A stretch of DNA of 63,994 bases, counting the filler, from Basidioascus undulatus (taxonomy: Eukaryota): the NCBI GenBank assembly GCA_000826855.1. It is 9 parts of 9 records of this genome, joined end to end, with 100 filler letters (N's around TTAATTAATTAA, not from the genome) between each part and the next. Parts side by side here need not be neighbours in the genome. Positions count along the whole stretch, not along the records: positions 20,668 to 27,448 come from JTLS01001677.1; positions 27,549 to 34,321 come from JTLS01001678.1; positions 34,422 to 41,140 come from JTLS01001679.1; 6 more parts are not named here. The stretch is one strand, 5' to 3'. The notes under the pieces were generated by a model. That model did not search any database, was not told where the DNA came from, and worked only from the letters and a program-made list of their open reading frames with translations. A program made the position numbers and the translations under genes. This document shows positions 23,961-34,996 of this stretch, piece by piece. Each line of letters begins with the position of its first letter. Within the stretch, counting starts at the first letter, position 1.

Positions 23961-24661
23961 TTAGTACTTTTTCTCATCCTTCTTCTTGTCATCCTTCTTG
24001 ACATCCTTCTTCTTGTCGTCCTTCTTGTCATCCTTCTTCTTGTCTCATATTTCTTCTGCAAGGATTGAGTGGAACGCTGTCAGAAGCTCTTCAACCTGCA
24101 AATCTGCGAGCAGGTGAAAGTCTCCTTACCTCGTCCCTCTTGCCCCTTCTTGTTGTCCTTTTTGTCATCCTTCTTTTCGTCCTTCTTCTCGTCCTTCTTC
24201 TTTTCGTCCTTCTTCTTGTCATCATCCTTCTTCTGTGGGTGACCAGTGATGTCTTGTCAGAAGCTTTCCGCGTTGCAGGTTTGCCAGTAGGTGACAGTCT
24301 CATTACCTCGTCCCTCTTCCTCTTCTTCTTGTCATCCTTCTTGTCATCCTTCTTGTCGTCCTTCTTGTCATCGTCCTTCTTGCCGTCCTTCCTCTTGTCG
24401 ACCCCCTTCTTTCTGTCCTCATCCTTTTTGTTGTCGTCCTTCTGCTTTCACACCGCAATCAGCGTTGTTTTACCTAGACCTGCCGAGTTGTAAACCGGAA
24501 CTAACTTTCTTGTCGTCCCCGTCCCACTAGCGCCTGCTCAGCACGCCGGCATCGCGGCGGCTCATCACGGCGTAGCCGGAGGCGCCGCCGACCGCAGGCG
24601 CAGCGGCAACCATGGCGGTAGCCGAGAGGGCGACGACGGCGAGGAGGGAGGTGGTGCGCAT
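23961..24661 (-). pseudogene. Secreted Lys/Asp-repeat precursor (KEX2-processed repeat protein-like), 4 exons, disrupted
   Basis: Signal peptide MRTTSLLAVVALSATAMVAA, RR sites, in-frame TAG at 24527-24529. Introns 24442-24505, 24233-24306 and 24056-24129; KKDD-type repeat exons, the middle two ending KRDE; two further 1-nt frameshifts; final TAA 23961-23963. Confidence 0.7.
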
Positions 24662-25439
24662 TCTGGGGTTTGGTTGGGAGCAAATGTAATTGGGAAGGTG
24701 GAAGGATTGGAGATGCTCGATGGAGTATTGGATGTGTGGAAGCGATGGATGACAGAAAAATGGAGTCGCCAGTCGGTGCAGTACCCGTCCTTTTATGCAG
24801 CGCGCGAGCCCTGGTTCCGAGCTATGGACTGTAAGCGCTGTTTTCTGGAAGCACTGCAAATCTCATTTCTCCGGACCATTGTAGGATGAAAGTGTTTTGG
24901 GAAGGGCGGCCGCAGCTCAGCGGCTAGCCATCCAGCCTGTGCCTGCGAGCCTTCAGTCTACAGTGGACGCTAAGCTCGAACATCTTGCGCAGGCTGGCCG
25001 CACTTGCTGGCCAATCATACAGAAATATAGCTTAGATTTTCAGCGACACATCCCCGCCCCATATAGAGAGAAAAAAAACTGCGCCATACGTGCGTCAGGA
25101 GGCTAGCGGTTGAGTCCGCCCCCCGCTGCGCCTTCGAATGCCGGAGAGTCCGTCTTCTGGAAACGCGGATACAAGAGGTAGATACCAACGCTCAGCACCC
25201 TCGTATAGTGAAGGTGACAAAATTTCTTCGGGGCAGGTGTCGTCTCATCAAGTCAAAGTATGAGCCCACGCCCGAGTCATTCACGCGTGCTCGAGCTGTG
25301 CACACGGCTGTTCACCCGCATCCTTCTCTTCGAACAACACACAACATCAGAATACTGCCTGAGACGGGTATTATGCAACGGTAGACGGTCGCGCAAAGCT
25401 CGCTGCCCTCCTCTCCGTCGCTATCCAACCTGGCCACCC

Positions 25440-26256
25440 TGACTCTCCTCTATCCTGCTTCATCCTCATCTTCTCCATCTTCTCCGCCTCGCGACCTTCC
25501 CATTCTGCTCCATACGCCCCTTCCTTTCCGCTGTTCACGAACCTCGTGAGCGCAGTGGCCGCCTCGCCCTTGGCCAACCTCTCCTTCATCAAGTCCTCGC
25601 CCTCGCGCTTCAGCCGCTTCGCGAGCACCTTGAGCTGGCTCTCGCTGGAGGGCGTCTGGCGCCAGGGCACGCGGCGGTGTAGCATCGATGCGGGGCGCCC
25701 GCCCCCCCGCTTAGTCGAAGCGTACTTGTCGGAAGTACGCAGCGCCGCGGGCGGCGTGGAAGTCAGGATCTTGATCAGCTTCCTATTTTTCCCGCTACCC
25801 CGCGAAATGGAGAACACTGGACGCTTCGTCATAATCGGCTTCCTTCCCCTCCTCCTCGACCGCCTCCGCACACCGCACCGCTTGACCCTCTTCCTCGTGC
25901 GCCTCCACACAGCGGTGACCAATCGCCCTGAGCTCGCATGCGCACTTAGGGAGGTCGAGTGCGGGCTGCGCCCGGGCGTGGGGTTAGCGCTCGCGATTGC
26001 GTTCTTGGGGCTGTTGCGGGCCGGGGAGGGGTGGTGGGGCCCGGAGACGATGCCGCTTGTTGTGGGTGCGGTAGTGGACGGGACCGGGGGTTTGCTTCGG
26101 TTTGGGGAGGGCTACAGGGCAGCTAGGGAGATGAGAGAGGAGGCTGTGTTGGAGAAGTAAGTGAGAAAAGAGTGCTTGCATGTGGTCTGAGCGCTCTCGA
26201 TCTTCATGCAGCCCTTGCACAGACACTCTTTCTTGCTGCTCGACTGCAAAGATCAA
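25440..26256 (-). pseudogene. IRC3-like mitochondrial helicase C-terminal fragment
   Basis: ALRTSDKYA...WRQTPSSESQLKVLAKRLK...LAKGEAATALTRFVNSG resembles the fungal Irc3 C-terminus (WRxxPAoExQ...LTKGxAxxxITxxxxG); frameshifted, no helicase motifs seen upstream. Confidence 0.5.
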
Positions 26257-27448
26257 GGCGCTTCACTAGCTCTGGCTCTGACATTGCCAGTTCTGATTCG
26301 TCAGATGCTGCACGACACAATGCTCGGCCGATAGATCTATCGACCCTCCAGCACCCCCTTCGCATCTGCCACTCTACACCCTCACCATCCCCCACCCGCG
26401 AAGCCCAAAATTGTGCCCATCGCGCTCGACGCCCCCTCGAGTTCCCACGTTGTCCATCCCCCCCTATGCACCGACAGCCGCCCCAGCAGTATCCACTCTT
26501 GTATCTTAGTACAGGCTTTCAGGGCTCTCAGGCAAAGTTGAAAGTAATGATACATGGAACGACTTCCTGTAAAGCTTAGTATGGCGCGACGGGGCGGAAG
26601 ACCTCATAGCATGGGCGGCGAAGACGGACAAGCTTGAGGAGCTGCTGGGTCTTTATAGGGCGACACATCGGTATGCGGCCGCTACGTGAGTCGCGGGTTA
26701 GGTTAGTCGCGGAGACGGGAGGTGTACGCTGATATGGGGTTGGGTTGGGCAGACTGGCGAGCTTTCTGATTATATGCTTACGCCGAGCCAACGCGCTCAG
26801 TCATAAGCTGTCGCTTATTGAGCGTGTGCATGGGCTGCCTGCCGTATGAGCTCGTCGCACAAGCGGCAAGGGTTAGCGGTACGTCTTCTATGCGAGTACT
26901 TCGCTTTAGAAAAAAGCGCGCTCAGATACTCATCCACGTGCGGATTCATGACTGACGGGCTCGTAGTGGTGGCTGAAGATTCAGGCTTGACTGTCAAGGT
27001 GAAGGATGTGAAAACAACTGAGCTACAAGCAACTTTCACGCGGCCTCGAGACTGAGGATGGTTACGCACTCGTGGAGCACATCGGTGAGGAGCTGGGTTT
27101 AGAAGAAGGCTATGTGGTTGAACATTCGCTTCAAGGTGAAGGCATCTGGAGGTACCAGTGGTCTAACCCAGCATAACCCTCAAAGCAACCCCGATCAGGC
27201 GCTAACGGTGTGCTCGATAGACAGTGAAAGCAAGCGCAAGTTTTCCAGTCATCCCAGCCGACGGCCGTTGAGCCCACACCCGCACCGGCGCCAACATTAA
27301 AATACGAAGCGAAATGATATGATGATGATATGCCGATGCTCATGCTGATGATACTGGAAATGAAAAATGATCAAGAAGAAACATGAAAACCGTGCAAGTA
27401 GGAAATAAAGACGTGAAGGCTCCTAAAGTCGAAAAAACCCAAGCTCAA

Positions 27449-27548
27449 NNNNNNNNNNNNNNNNNNNNNNNNNNNNNNNNNNNNNNNNNNNNTTAATTAA
27501 TTAANNNNNNNNNNNNNNNNNNNNNNNNNNNNNNNNNNNNNNNNNNNN
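27449..27548. other. Artificial contig spacer
   Basis: N44-TTAATTAATTAA-N44. Confidence 0.98.
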
Positions 27549-27593
27549 CCATATCTTCCGCCCCTCTCGCCCGCTCCGCCCGCGCACCCACAG

Positions 27594-28075
27594 CCCGCAC
27601 CACTTCAAGCGCGTCAAGATCTCCGCCGTCGCGCTAATCAAGATGGTGATGCACGCGCGCTCGGGCGTGCCGTACGAGGTGATGGGGCTCATGCAGGGCA
27701 AGGTCGTAGGCGACACGATGGTCGTCATGGACGCGTTCGCGCTGCCGGTGCAGGTGCGTCGGCCCTTCCTTCTCTGTTCCCCCTCCCCCTTTCCTTGTTT
27801 CTTTCCATGTTTCTTTTGAGATTTGGGAAGTCGTGGAGCGTGGGATGCTGAGGCGTGTGCGGTCGTATTGTAGGGCACCGAGACGCGCGTGAACGCGGGA
27901 AACGAGGCAAACGAGTTCATGGTGAACTGGTCGGACCTGTCGAAGAAGGTGCGTTTCTGTTCCCCTCCTCTCCTCCCAGATCCTTCCTCATTCTCTGTGC
28001 CTGCAGGTCGGCCGGTTGGAGAATGCCCCGGTGTGGCACCACAGCTCGCGTGGCCAGCGCGGGCGCGCGGGATAA
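27594..28075 (+). pseudogene. CSN5: COP9 signalosome subunit 5 (JAB1/MPN), 3'-truncated fragment
   Basis: [70 protein letters not shown]...|VGRLENA; it then diverges (PVWHHSSRGQ...*) where GWYHSHPGYGCWLSGID is expected. Confidence 0.85.
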
Positions 28076-28506
28076 GATCATGATGCGGCTGACGAGCGCA
28101 TCTGGCGCCTCGCATGCGCTCTGAGGTTCGGGCGCGTCAGGATTCGCGTCCGCGCTCCCGTCGGTTGGGGGGGCGGCGGGGACGTGGGAGCGGAAGCGGC
28201 TGAGGGTGCCCTCGTGGGGGGAGCCGAAACTGAATTCAAAAGTGTAGGCCAAAACGGGAAGGTTTTTTGGGAGGCAAGAATCGCACCTTATCGTTGACCT
28301 CGTTCGCGGTGTAGGCCCACGGCTCAGGCACGGCCGCAGGGCCGCGCGGTCGCGGCGCCGCGGCGGAGCTGGAGAGCTGGAGCCCGCGCTCTCGACGTTC
28401 CGCCGCGTTTCCAGGGCGGTACGTACTTCTCAGGTGCCGAATCTGTGGGAGCCTTCGAGGGAAGGGGGGTCGCTTCTGTGCGAGAGGGGTCACTGTCTGC
28501 GGACAT
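28025..28506 (-). pseudogene. Uncharacterised fungal gene fragment convergent with CSN5
   Basis: MSADSDPS...EKYVPPWKRGG, WAYTANEVNDK|, FSFGSPHEGTLSRF, LVSRIMIL / PRWPRELWCHT; frameshifted and runs into the last CSN5 exon. Confidence 0.4.
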
Positions 28507-29199
28507 GGTGCTGGTAAGTTGCAAAGAGAGCGGGACGAGGACGTCGCCTTTGCCATGTTCTCCGAAACTCATTTCAGGAGGCAGTGGCTGGTCCTCTAAT
28601 TTCTGTTGCCTGGTAACTAGGACTGGAAAATCACGACATTTCATTATCTACAAGCCTAAAAGTCCTTTGAAGCCAAACCCAGCTTCGCGCACGCGGAATT
28701 CCCTGGCAGCTTGCAGCGACTGTGACGCGACTGGTGCACCAGATGGTATCTTAACTAAAAGTTTACTAAAGCTGCTCTAGAACTGTGCTCTCTAGTCCTA
28801 CATCTTCCTCCATTCGCCCGGAGACACGACCTCCCCGCTCAGGGACACATGCGCATCGCCGTAGAACCCTGCTGCGATCCTGCACCAGTCTCCACTCCAG
28901 TCGGTATCGCTGCAGCCATGAGAATTGGTGTTATTTTCTAGCTCGTACGGAAAATCGCCGCAGGGAATCAGAAACTACGCACCACGGAGATGTTTCCCAG
29001 GACGTGCCGCGCCATTCGCCAACGAAGCCTTTCAGACGCCCGTACTGCAACTCAGAATGCCTATGAATATCGTTTTCGGCTACATGGTTCAGAAGTCGGT
29101 ATCGCACCTCCTTGTAGTGCTTGTCTTTCAGCCGGGTCCATAAGTTCTTCGGTCTGCTCGGAGCGTCTGCCCGTTCCATCCGCGCCGTTAGCCTTCAGT

Positions 29200-29897
29200 C
29201 TAATTTGTGAAGGCCGCCGACGCGGACCCACCATGCTCGAACGTGTCAAACCGCGCTGCAACAGCGGGCGAGAACCAGATGCTGCCCTCGATGTAGTCGA
29301 TGATGAGCGGGCCGTTGAAGCGCGGTTGGAGCGCGACCGAGAGGGACTTCGACACGCCCGGCGTGCCCGCGTGCGACTCGAGGATGAGCATGAGAGGTGT
29401 TGAGTCTGGATTGGAAGCCTACCCGCCCCTTAATCCATCAGTTCCAGTGCAAGGTAAGGAGCTAGACGCTAGAAAGGCAGCTGCCAGCGTACGCAATCGA
29501 CTCTCAGACTACCATCTTCACTCTCCAGCTCCACTCTCGCCCTCTTCTCGCCCCCAAACGACTTCTTGTCGTCCTTCCCCCCGACCTCCGCAGACCCTCC
29601 CTTTACACCGAGGACGATGTCCAGCCCGACGTTGCCCTCCGCCTCGAAGCGCGCGTTCGGCCGATCGCGCTCGTCAGCGCCCTTGTCGAGCGGGGGGAGA
29701 CTATGCGCCGGTGGGCGCGGGAGGGAGAGGTCGACCTGAAAAGCGCCCGAGCGGTTGAGGGTTTGGAGGTAGTTTTGTGGGCGCTCGGCGGAGAGGGCTT
29801 GGAGCGCTGGGGAGTAGGTCGAGGACGAGGGGCCCGCAGGCGGAGGGTATGACGGGCCGGGAGCGGGAGTGTAGGCGGGCGGGGGGAGGTCGTCCAT
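29200..29897 (-). CDS. Uncharacterised basidiomycete protein with PPPAY/PY N-terminus and beta-rich domain; 3' end uncertain
   Basis: MDDLPPPAYTPAP...PNARFEAEGNVGLDIVLG...RARVELESEDGSLRVDC| intron |TPLMLILESHAG...VALQPRFNGPLIIDYIEGSIWFSPAVA. Confidence 0.55.
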
Positions 29898-30175
29898 CGC
29901 GAGGTGTGAGGGAAAAGACAATGAAATGAAGATGAGATATGAGCATGAATGATTAAGAGTAAGATGGGAGCCTTGAGGATGCGGATGCCAAGCCCGTTTA
30001 CACGTGACAGTAACGAGGCGGTGCTGGCTTTCCAGTATAAAGGCTGGCGTGTGTGCTTCAACAGAAGTGACACACACAGTTCTGGCAAGATAAGAGTTCG
30101 CCGCCTTTCGGGAATAAAAAGAAGAGAAAGCGGGATGGGCTCAAGCAGACCTCGGGAAGGAAGAGGCAAAAGATG

Positions 30176-30268
30176 CGACCAGAGCAGGATTTGAACCTAC
30201 GCGGGCAGAGCCCAACAGATGTTAGAAGATATTCTAGTCTGTCGCCTTAACCACTCGGCCATCTGGTC
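30176..30268 (-). tRNA. tRNA-Ser(AGA) with 11-nt intron (30221-30231)
   Basis: Reverse complement GACCAGA TG GCCGAGTGGTTAAGGC G ACAGA CT AGA A[tatcttctaac]A TCTGT TGGGCTCTGCCCGC GTAGG TTCAAAT CCTGC TCTGGTC G; long variable arm. Confidence 0.96.
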
Positions 30269-30635
30269 TTGCTTTCTAGGTCAGCTTGAAATTCCAAAGT
30301 CTGACGACGCGACGCTGACCCATCCAATGATTGTGTTGGTACATAGAGCCGTTCTCTCAAGCATGTCCTTGGCTACCTTGTCGTCCGCTGCCCACCTGGG
30401 TATACACTGCCAAGTTGACATTCGTGACTCAGGTATCATTTTGCACCCAGATGTATCCTAATGGCGCGAAAGGGGGCGATGCTAGCGGAAGGCAATATTT
30501 GCGTGCTCCGACTGTTATGAGCATGCCAGCCCGCCACATTATCCGAATCATCATTCTCCCCTTCGCAGAAGCCAGCTGCACCCGCTCGAGACTTTTGCCC
30601 ACTAACTGTATACTTTCTCCACCTATCCCAAACAG

Positions 30636-32126
30636 TCATGACTCCTCCGCCTGTCTCCGGTGCCCACCCGAACAGGCCGCAGCCCAACATAGCGCTGTCG
30701 ACTTCGAGGACGATGTGCAGCACTTTCAGTTCCTCAGCGACCTTCAGGGCAACCTCGCTGCCATGGTGCAGTCGACGGCGTCCGACCGGGCTCGACTCAG
30801 GGAGTACCAGAAGGAGAGGCAGTCGGCCCTCAAGAAGTTCGAGGCCTTTCGCTCCAGCGTCCAGGAGGCGATGGGGGCGCTCACCCGGAGCGAGACGGCG
30901 CGTTAGCGCAGCTGGTCGCGGAGAAGCAGGAGGCCTCGACGGCTATCGCTCGTGCGCTGCAGGGCCCAGTAGAGACAGGAAGGGAGAGGGACAGTGCCAT
31001 CACGGGGGGGCGCTCAGACGGTAGCGGTGAGGCGGGTGAACAAGGCGGAGGCGGACCGGGAGGAGGCGCTGGCGGCGAGAGACGCTGCGAACGCGGTTGC
31101 CGCGGCAGCGGCTGTGGGCATGGGCGCCGCGATGCTCTCGAGGGACGAGGCAGTCCGCGAGAAGGACGAGGCCCTTCGGGAGAAGGAGGACGAGCTCGCC
31201 ACAAACCAGACCGCCCTCGCAGCGAAGGCGGACGAGTTCAAGCAGATAGTCGCCGCGCTCGGGGAGAAGGACGTCAAGCTCTCGGACACGACGGCAGCGT
31301 TGGAGGAGATCCGTCGCCTGCACCGTCCTTTCCAAGACTACTTCAAGATAATCAACAGAACCCTTTGTGGGGGGTACGACCGTGCGACATGTCATCAGTT
31401 GAAGGCACTCCATTTATCTCTCTGACGCTAACCTGAAATTGAACGACAGCTATCGCACGCGAGGTCGAGCACACTGGCGACCTCAACCGCGTGGCGCAAG
31501 CATAAGAAGAGAGTGGGCATACACTGCCTCTCTTTTGGTCTTCGTGGACAACGGTTTATCGTGACACTTTCTAACACCCACAACTATCAGGGAGCTCCTA
31601 GAATGACCACCGCGATTCCGGGAAACGCTCGGTTCGTCACTTTGGCCATCGGCACCGTCTGGGAACAGAGAGCCCTAACCCCTCCACCGCGGCCTTCCAG
31701 AGCTCCGATCTGTACCCCGTCGTGGACCAAGGGTATTTTTCGGACCCAGACACGGGGTGGGAAACGCATCAAGCTGCAACTATGATTGGGCCAGGGCATT
31801 TGGGTGGGAGGACGAGTCTGGCGACGTCACGTCCTGCTGTCCACATTGGTGTAAAGAGCTTCGTTACGGACGGTTTAATAATGGCGCGAATACGGTCAGA
31901 AGATATAGGTCAGTTGGGGCCCGTACATCTGCACATGTGTGTGCTTTGCGCCTGCCTGCCAGACTGGAAGCTGTCTTCCGCCGTCTGCCAAGATCAAGAT
32001 GGTGCAGGTGCACCGAACCTCTTTTGTAAAGGTTGCAATCAGGACCGAAGATCCAACTTCGGGCATTGCATTCTAATGAAAACCGCGCACGACTGTGGAC
32101 GTAGCTCCCAGTTGAAGCGGCTATGA
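30636..32126 (+). pseudogene. Coiled-coil protein with Cys-rich C-terminus, frameshifted
   Basis: Heptad-like segments (RARLREYQKERQSALKKFEAF; RDEAVREKDEALREKEDEL) in different frames; downstream CVLC..C..CKGC..HC..HDC. Confidence 0.4.
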
Positions 32127-32248
32127 TCTGCGCTACGGCTAAACACCAGGCTTACTGCTCTCATATAGTGTATTTATCTTTGGCTAAAGTACGGTATACG
32201 AGCAACGTACTTAGACTTGGTCTACAAGATCAGAAAATGAGAACCGAG

Positions 32249-32392
32249 TAAGGCTCGAAGCTCATATCATACATACCTCATATATGAGCATACTTGCTCA
32301 TACTTGCTCATACTTCATGCTCATGCATACCCCGACAGAGTCATCTTCGTATATGAGGCAGAGCCTCATAGTGTGGGGTAGCGTATGAGGTT
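32249..32392. repeat. Cluster of CTCATA/TATGAG motifs in both orientations; probable DNA-transposon subterminal repeats
   Basis: gctcata, cctcatatatgagc, gctcata, gctcata, gctcatg, tatgagg, cctcata, tatgagg within ~135 bp. Confidence 0.55.
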
Positions 32393-32687
32393 CTAATGGA
32401 GGCAAAATATCAGCTGCTGTTCCAGCATGTTTCAGCATTCTGCTCTCAACAGATTAATTCTTCTTTCATTTATGAAAGCCAGACAATTGCTCTGCCCATC
32501 GTAAGTTTATGAATATTCTGTCTGCATAACAGCAAAATGTCCGGGGAGTAAGCTAGAGGCCGACGTGCGCGATGTCTGGAACACAATTCGCAGCATTCGC
32601 AGCCTTTGTATGAAGTGAAGAAGACGTTACAATCGACACACGAGCACTCTCCAGCCATATTTGAATGTGTAGGCCTATCACAAATCC

Positions 32688-33973
32688 CTAACTCCCGTCT
32701 CGCTTCACACCCAACATTTCGCCGGTCTCCTTCAAAGTAAGGTCGAGCCATTCCTTCCTCCAACGGCTCGTGCCATCATGGACCTCTCCAGCCAGAACGA
32801 AACTCCTGACGTCCACGCCCGCCTTCTGTATCTTGTGTGCCAGGACAGCCGCTCCATCGTGGAACAGCTCGAGCTCGGCGATGAGCACTTTCGTGCGGGC
32901 CCTCGCGAGCGGAGCGAACACGTCGATCGGTGCCAATGCCAGGCTGATGTAGGGGTGGACGATCTGACCGGGTATGTTTTGCAGGAAGGTGGTGAGTAAT
33001 GTACGTCGAAGTGGACATGGGCGGAAGGTACTCAACGTCGGCGTCCGCAACGTTAGACTGGAAGGAAGCGGTCATGTCCACCCAAGACTGTCATGGGTCA
33101 GGGCATGTCTCAGTAGATCCAGAGTTTATGTATTTGCAATCGGTACAGACTGAGATTGATGCGAGGTAGCGAGGCACAGGCAAATCCTTGCCTGCAGCGA
33201 CCAAGTCGCTGATGTACAGCGCGAGGGATACAGTGAGATGACCCCCAGCTGAGTCTACGACACAACGGACAAAGTCAGTTCCAAGGCGAAAGCGATACTG
33301 GACGCCCAGGAAGTACGCGGGTAAGCGTTTCGCGCACTCGACAGTGGCCGGATAACCAAGCGGACTGCCGACGATGTATCCCCTGAACGATCACAGACAG
33401 TAAATGTCTCTTCGTCTCGGAAGGATGCAGGCTGTAGAAGGAGCACTCACCCACCGAACAAGTACAGGACCGCCTTCTTCTCAACCGGAACCGCCTTGTC
33501 CGGTGCTGCCGAGACGACGACGCAGGAACTGGTTCAGGCTTGACGATCTGCACGACAGAAGCCTTGCGGGCCGGCCCGAGCTGCTTCTCAATTCCCGCGG
33601 GGAGGACCCGACGGTCGGGCTGCTGCTGGACGGGAGGAGGCATCCAGACGACCCAGTTGAGCATGAGCTCTGGGTCCCCACAACGGCGGAAAGTTAGTTT
33701 CAGTCGAATGGCAGAGCTGCGCTTGCCAAATTTGAAGGGCGAGATAAAGCGGATTTGGCGACCCCACGTACCGTAACGTATCAGCTCTGCATTGAAGGCT
33801 TGACCGAGGATCCATCCTCTGCGCTTCCTCAGACCGGGGGGGTACTGAAGAAGCACAATGAGCGAATTAAGAGGTAGGGGACCGACGAAAACGCAGCAGA
33901 GCCACAAGAAGCTTCGGATCTTGTATCCGAGGCGGGATGCAGGCGCGGAGATGTCAGGAGCGAGTTCGAGCAT
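32688..33973 (-). pseudogene. HSL-family alpha/beta hydrolase (abhydrolase_3) pseudogene
   Basis: KAVLYLFGG|AF (degenerate HGG), HPYISLALAP, KVLIAELELFHD, AGVDVRSFVLAGEVHD; multiple frameshifts and stops. Confidence 0.6.
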
Positions 33974-34321
33974 GCTGCTAATGGAGACCGAACAGAGGAG
34001 GTGTGAAGCAGGGACGGTTCATGGGAATCCCTATTTTATTTGAGAGGGTTCTTATAGTCTGCCCACAACATCGTCTTTGTCAATACAAAGGAAGAACTTG
34101 AAGAATATGGTCCGTCAATCCCCATGCGAGTCACCTCCTAGTGCATCCCTTGGTCAATATACTCGTTCTGCGCTTGCGCGAAAGTACAGTCGGACCGCGT
34201 CGTTTCCGCTGTTACAAGAGCCGTCGGATGAAGTTCGGTACTTTCGACTGAGGACTGTACTTGTCGACCTCCTCGCGTCCGATGCCCACCGTGCTGCAGT
34301 ACCGTACTTTGCCCTCCGAAG

Positions 34322-34421
34322 NNNNNNNNNNNNNNNNNNNNNNNNNNNNNNNNNNNNNNNNNNNNTTAATTAATTAANNNNNNNNNNNNNNNNNNNNNNN
34401 NNNNNNNNNNNNNNNNNNNNN
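34322..34421. other. Artificial contig spacer
   Basis: N44-TTAATTAATTAA-N44. Confidence 0.98.
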
Positions 34422-34422
34422 C

Positions 34423-34572
34423 GGGATCGACTATCCCCGGCGGGCGCGCAGCCCGCTCGCCTCGCAGGCGTCGGGGCTGTTCGATTCGCAGCTCGACGTC
34501 GACGGCAACGTGGACGACATCTCGCGCTTCCTCGACGAGGACGCGTTCGAGGTCCGCGGCGCGATGGCGTGA
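34423..34572 (+). CDS. C-terminus of an unknown protein (contig start)
   Basis: GC3-rich frame GIDYPRRARSPLASQASGLFDSQLDVDGNVDDISRFLDEDAFEVRGAMA*, followed by a pyrimidine-rich 3'UTR. Confidence 0.55.
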   Translation, partial: GIDYPRRARSPLASQASGLFDSQLDVDGNVDDISRFLDEDAFEVRGAMA

Positions 34573-34996
34573 ACACTGCTTGTAACCCCCCTTTTCCGCT
34601 GCACCTTTTCCTTCGGCGCTCTTTGCGTTCTTGGCCAGCTTGTTGTCCTCCACCTTTACGTGTTCATGTCTTACGCGCGTTCCGACCCTTTTTTGGTCGC
34701 GCTCTTTATACCCTTCGTATTGCACGACTCTTCACATTTCGCATGTATCATTCTCACCTTCTTGGTCCTTATTAATTCGTGACAAGCTGCACAACAGCGC
34801 GTTGACGTCGCACTCACCGGAAAGTGAACGGCTGCCGGTTTACTTTCGTGTGCTAATTGTGCGGAGCTAGTTGTCAGGCTTGGCTACGAAAATGCACCAA
34901 GGCAAGCTGCAACGATGGCCTGCACGATGGTAGTGCCAGAGGCAAAGGCGAAGCCAATACAATAACATGTAGTGTCCATGACCCTCCCGCCGCGCT

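Noticed and set aside
24065..24493. Plus-strand poly-Leu/Phe/Ser 'membrane protein' and minus-strand Arg-rich ORFs
   Set aside because: Shadow frames of the minus-strand Lys/Asp repeat gene.
26846..27055. HKRQGLAVRLL as a GNAT acetyl-CoA motif
   Set aside because: Too short, and the rest of the fold is not recognisable.
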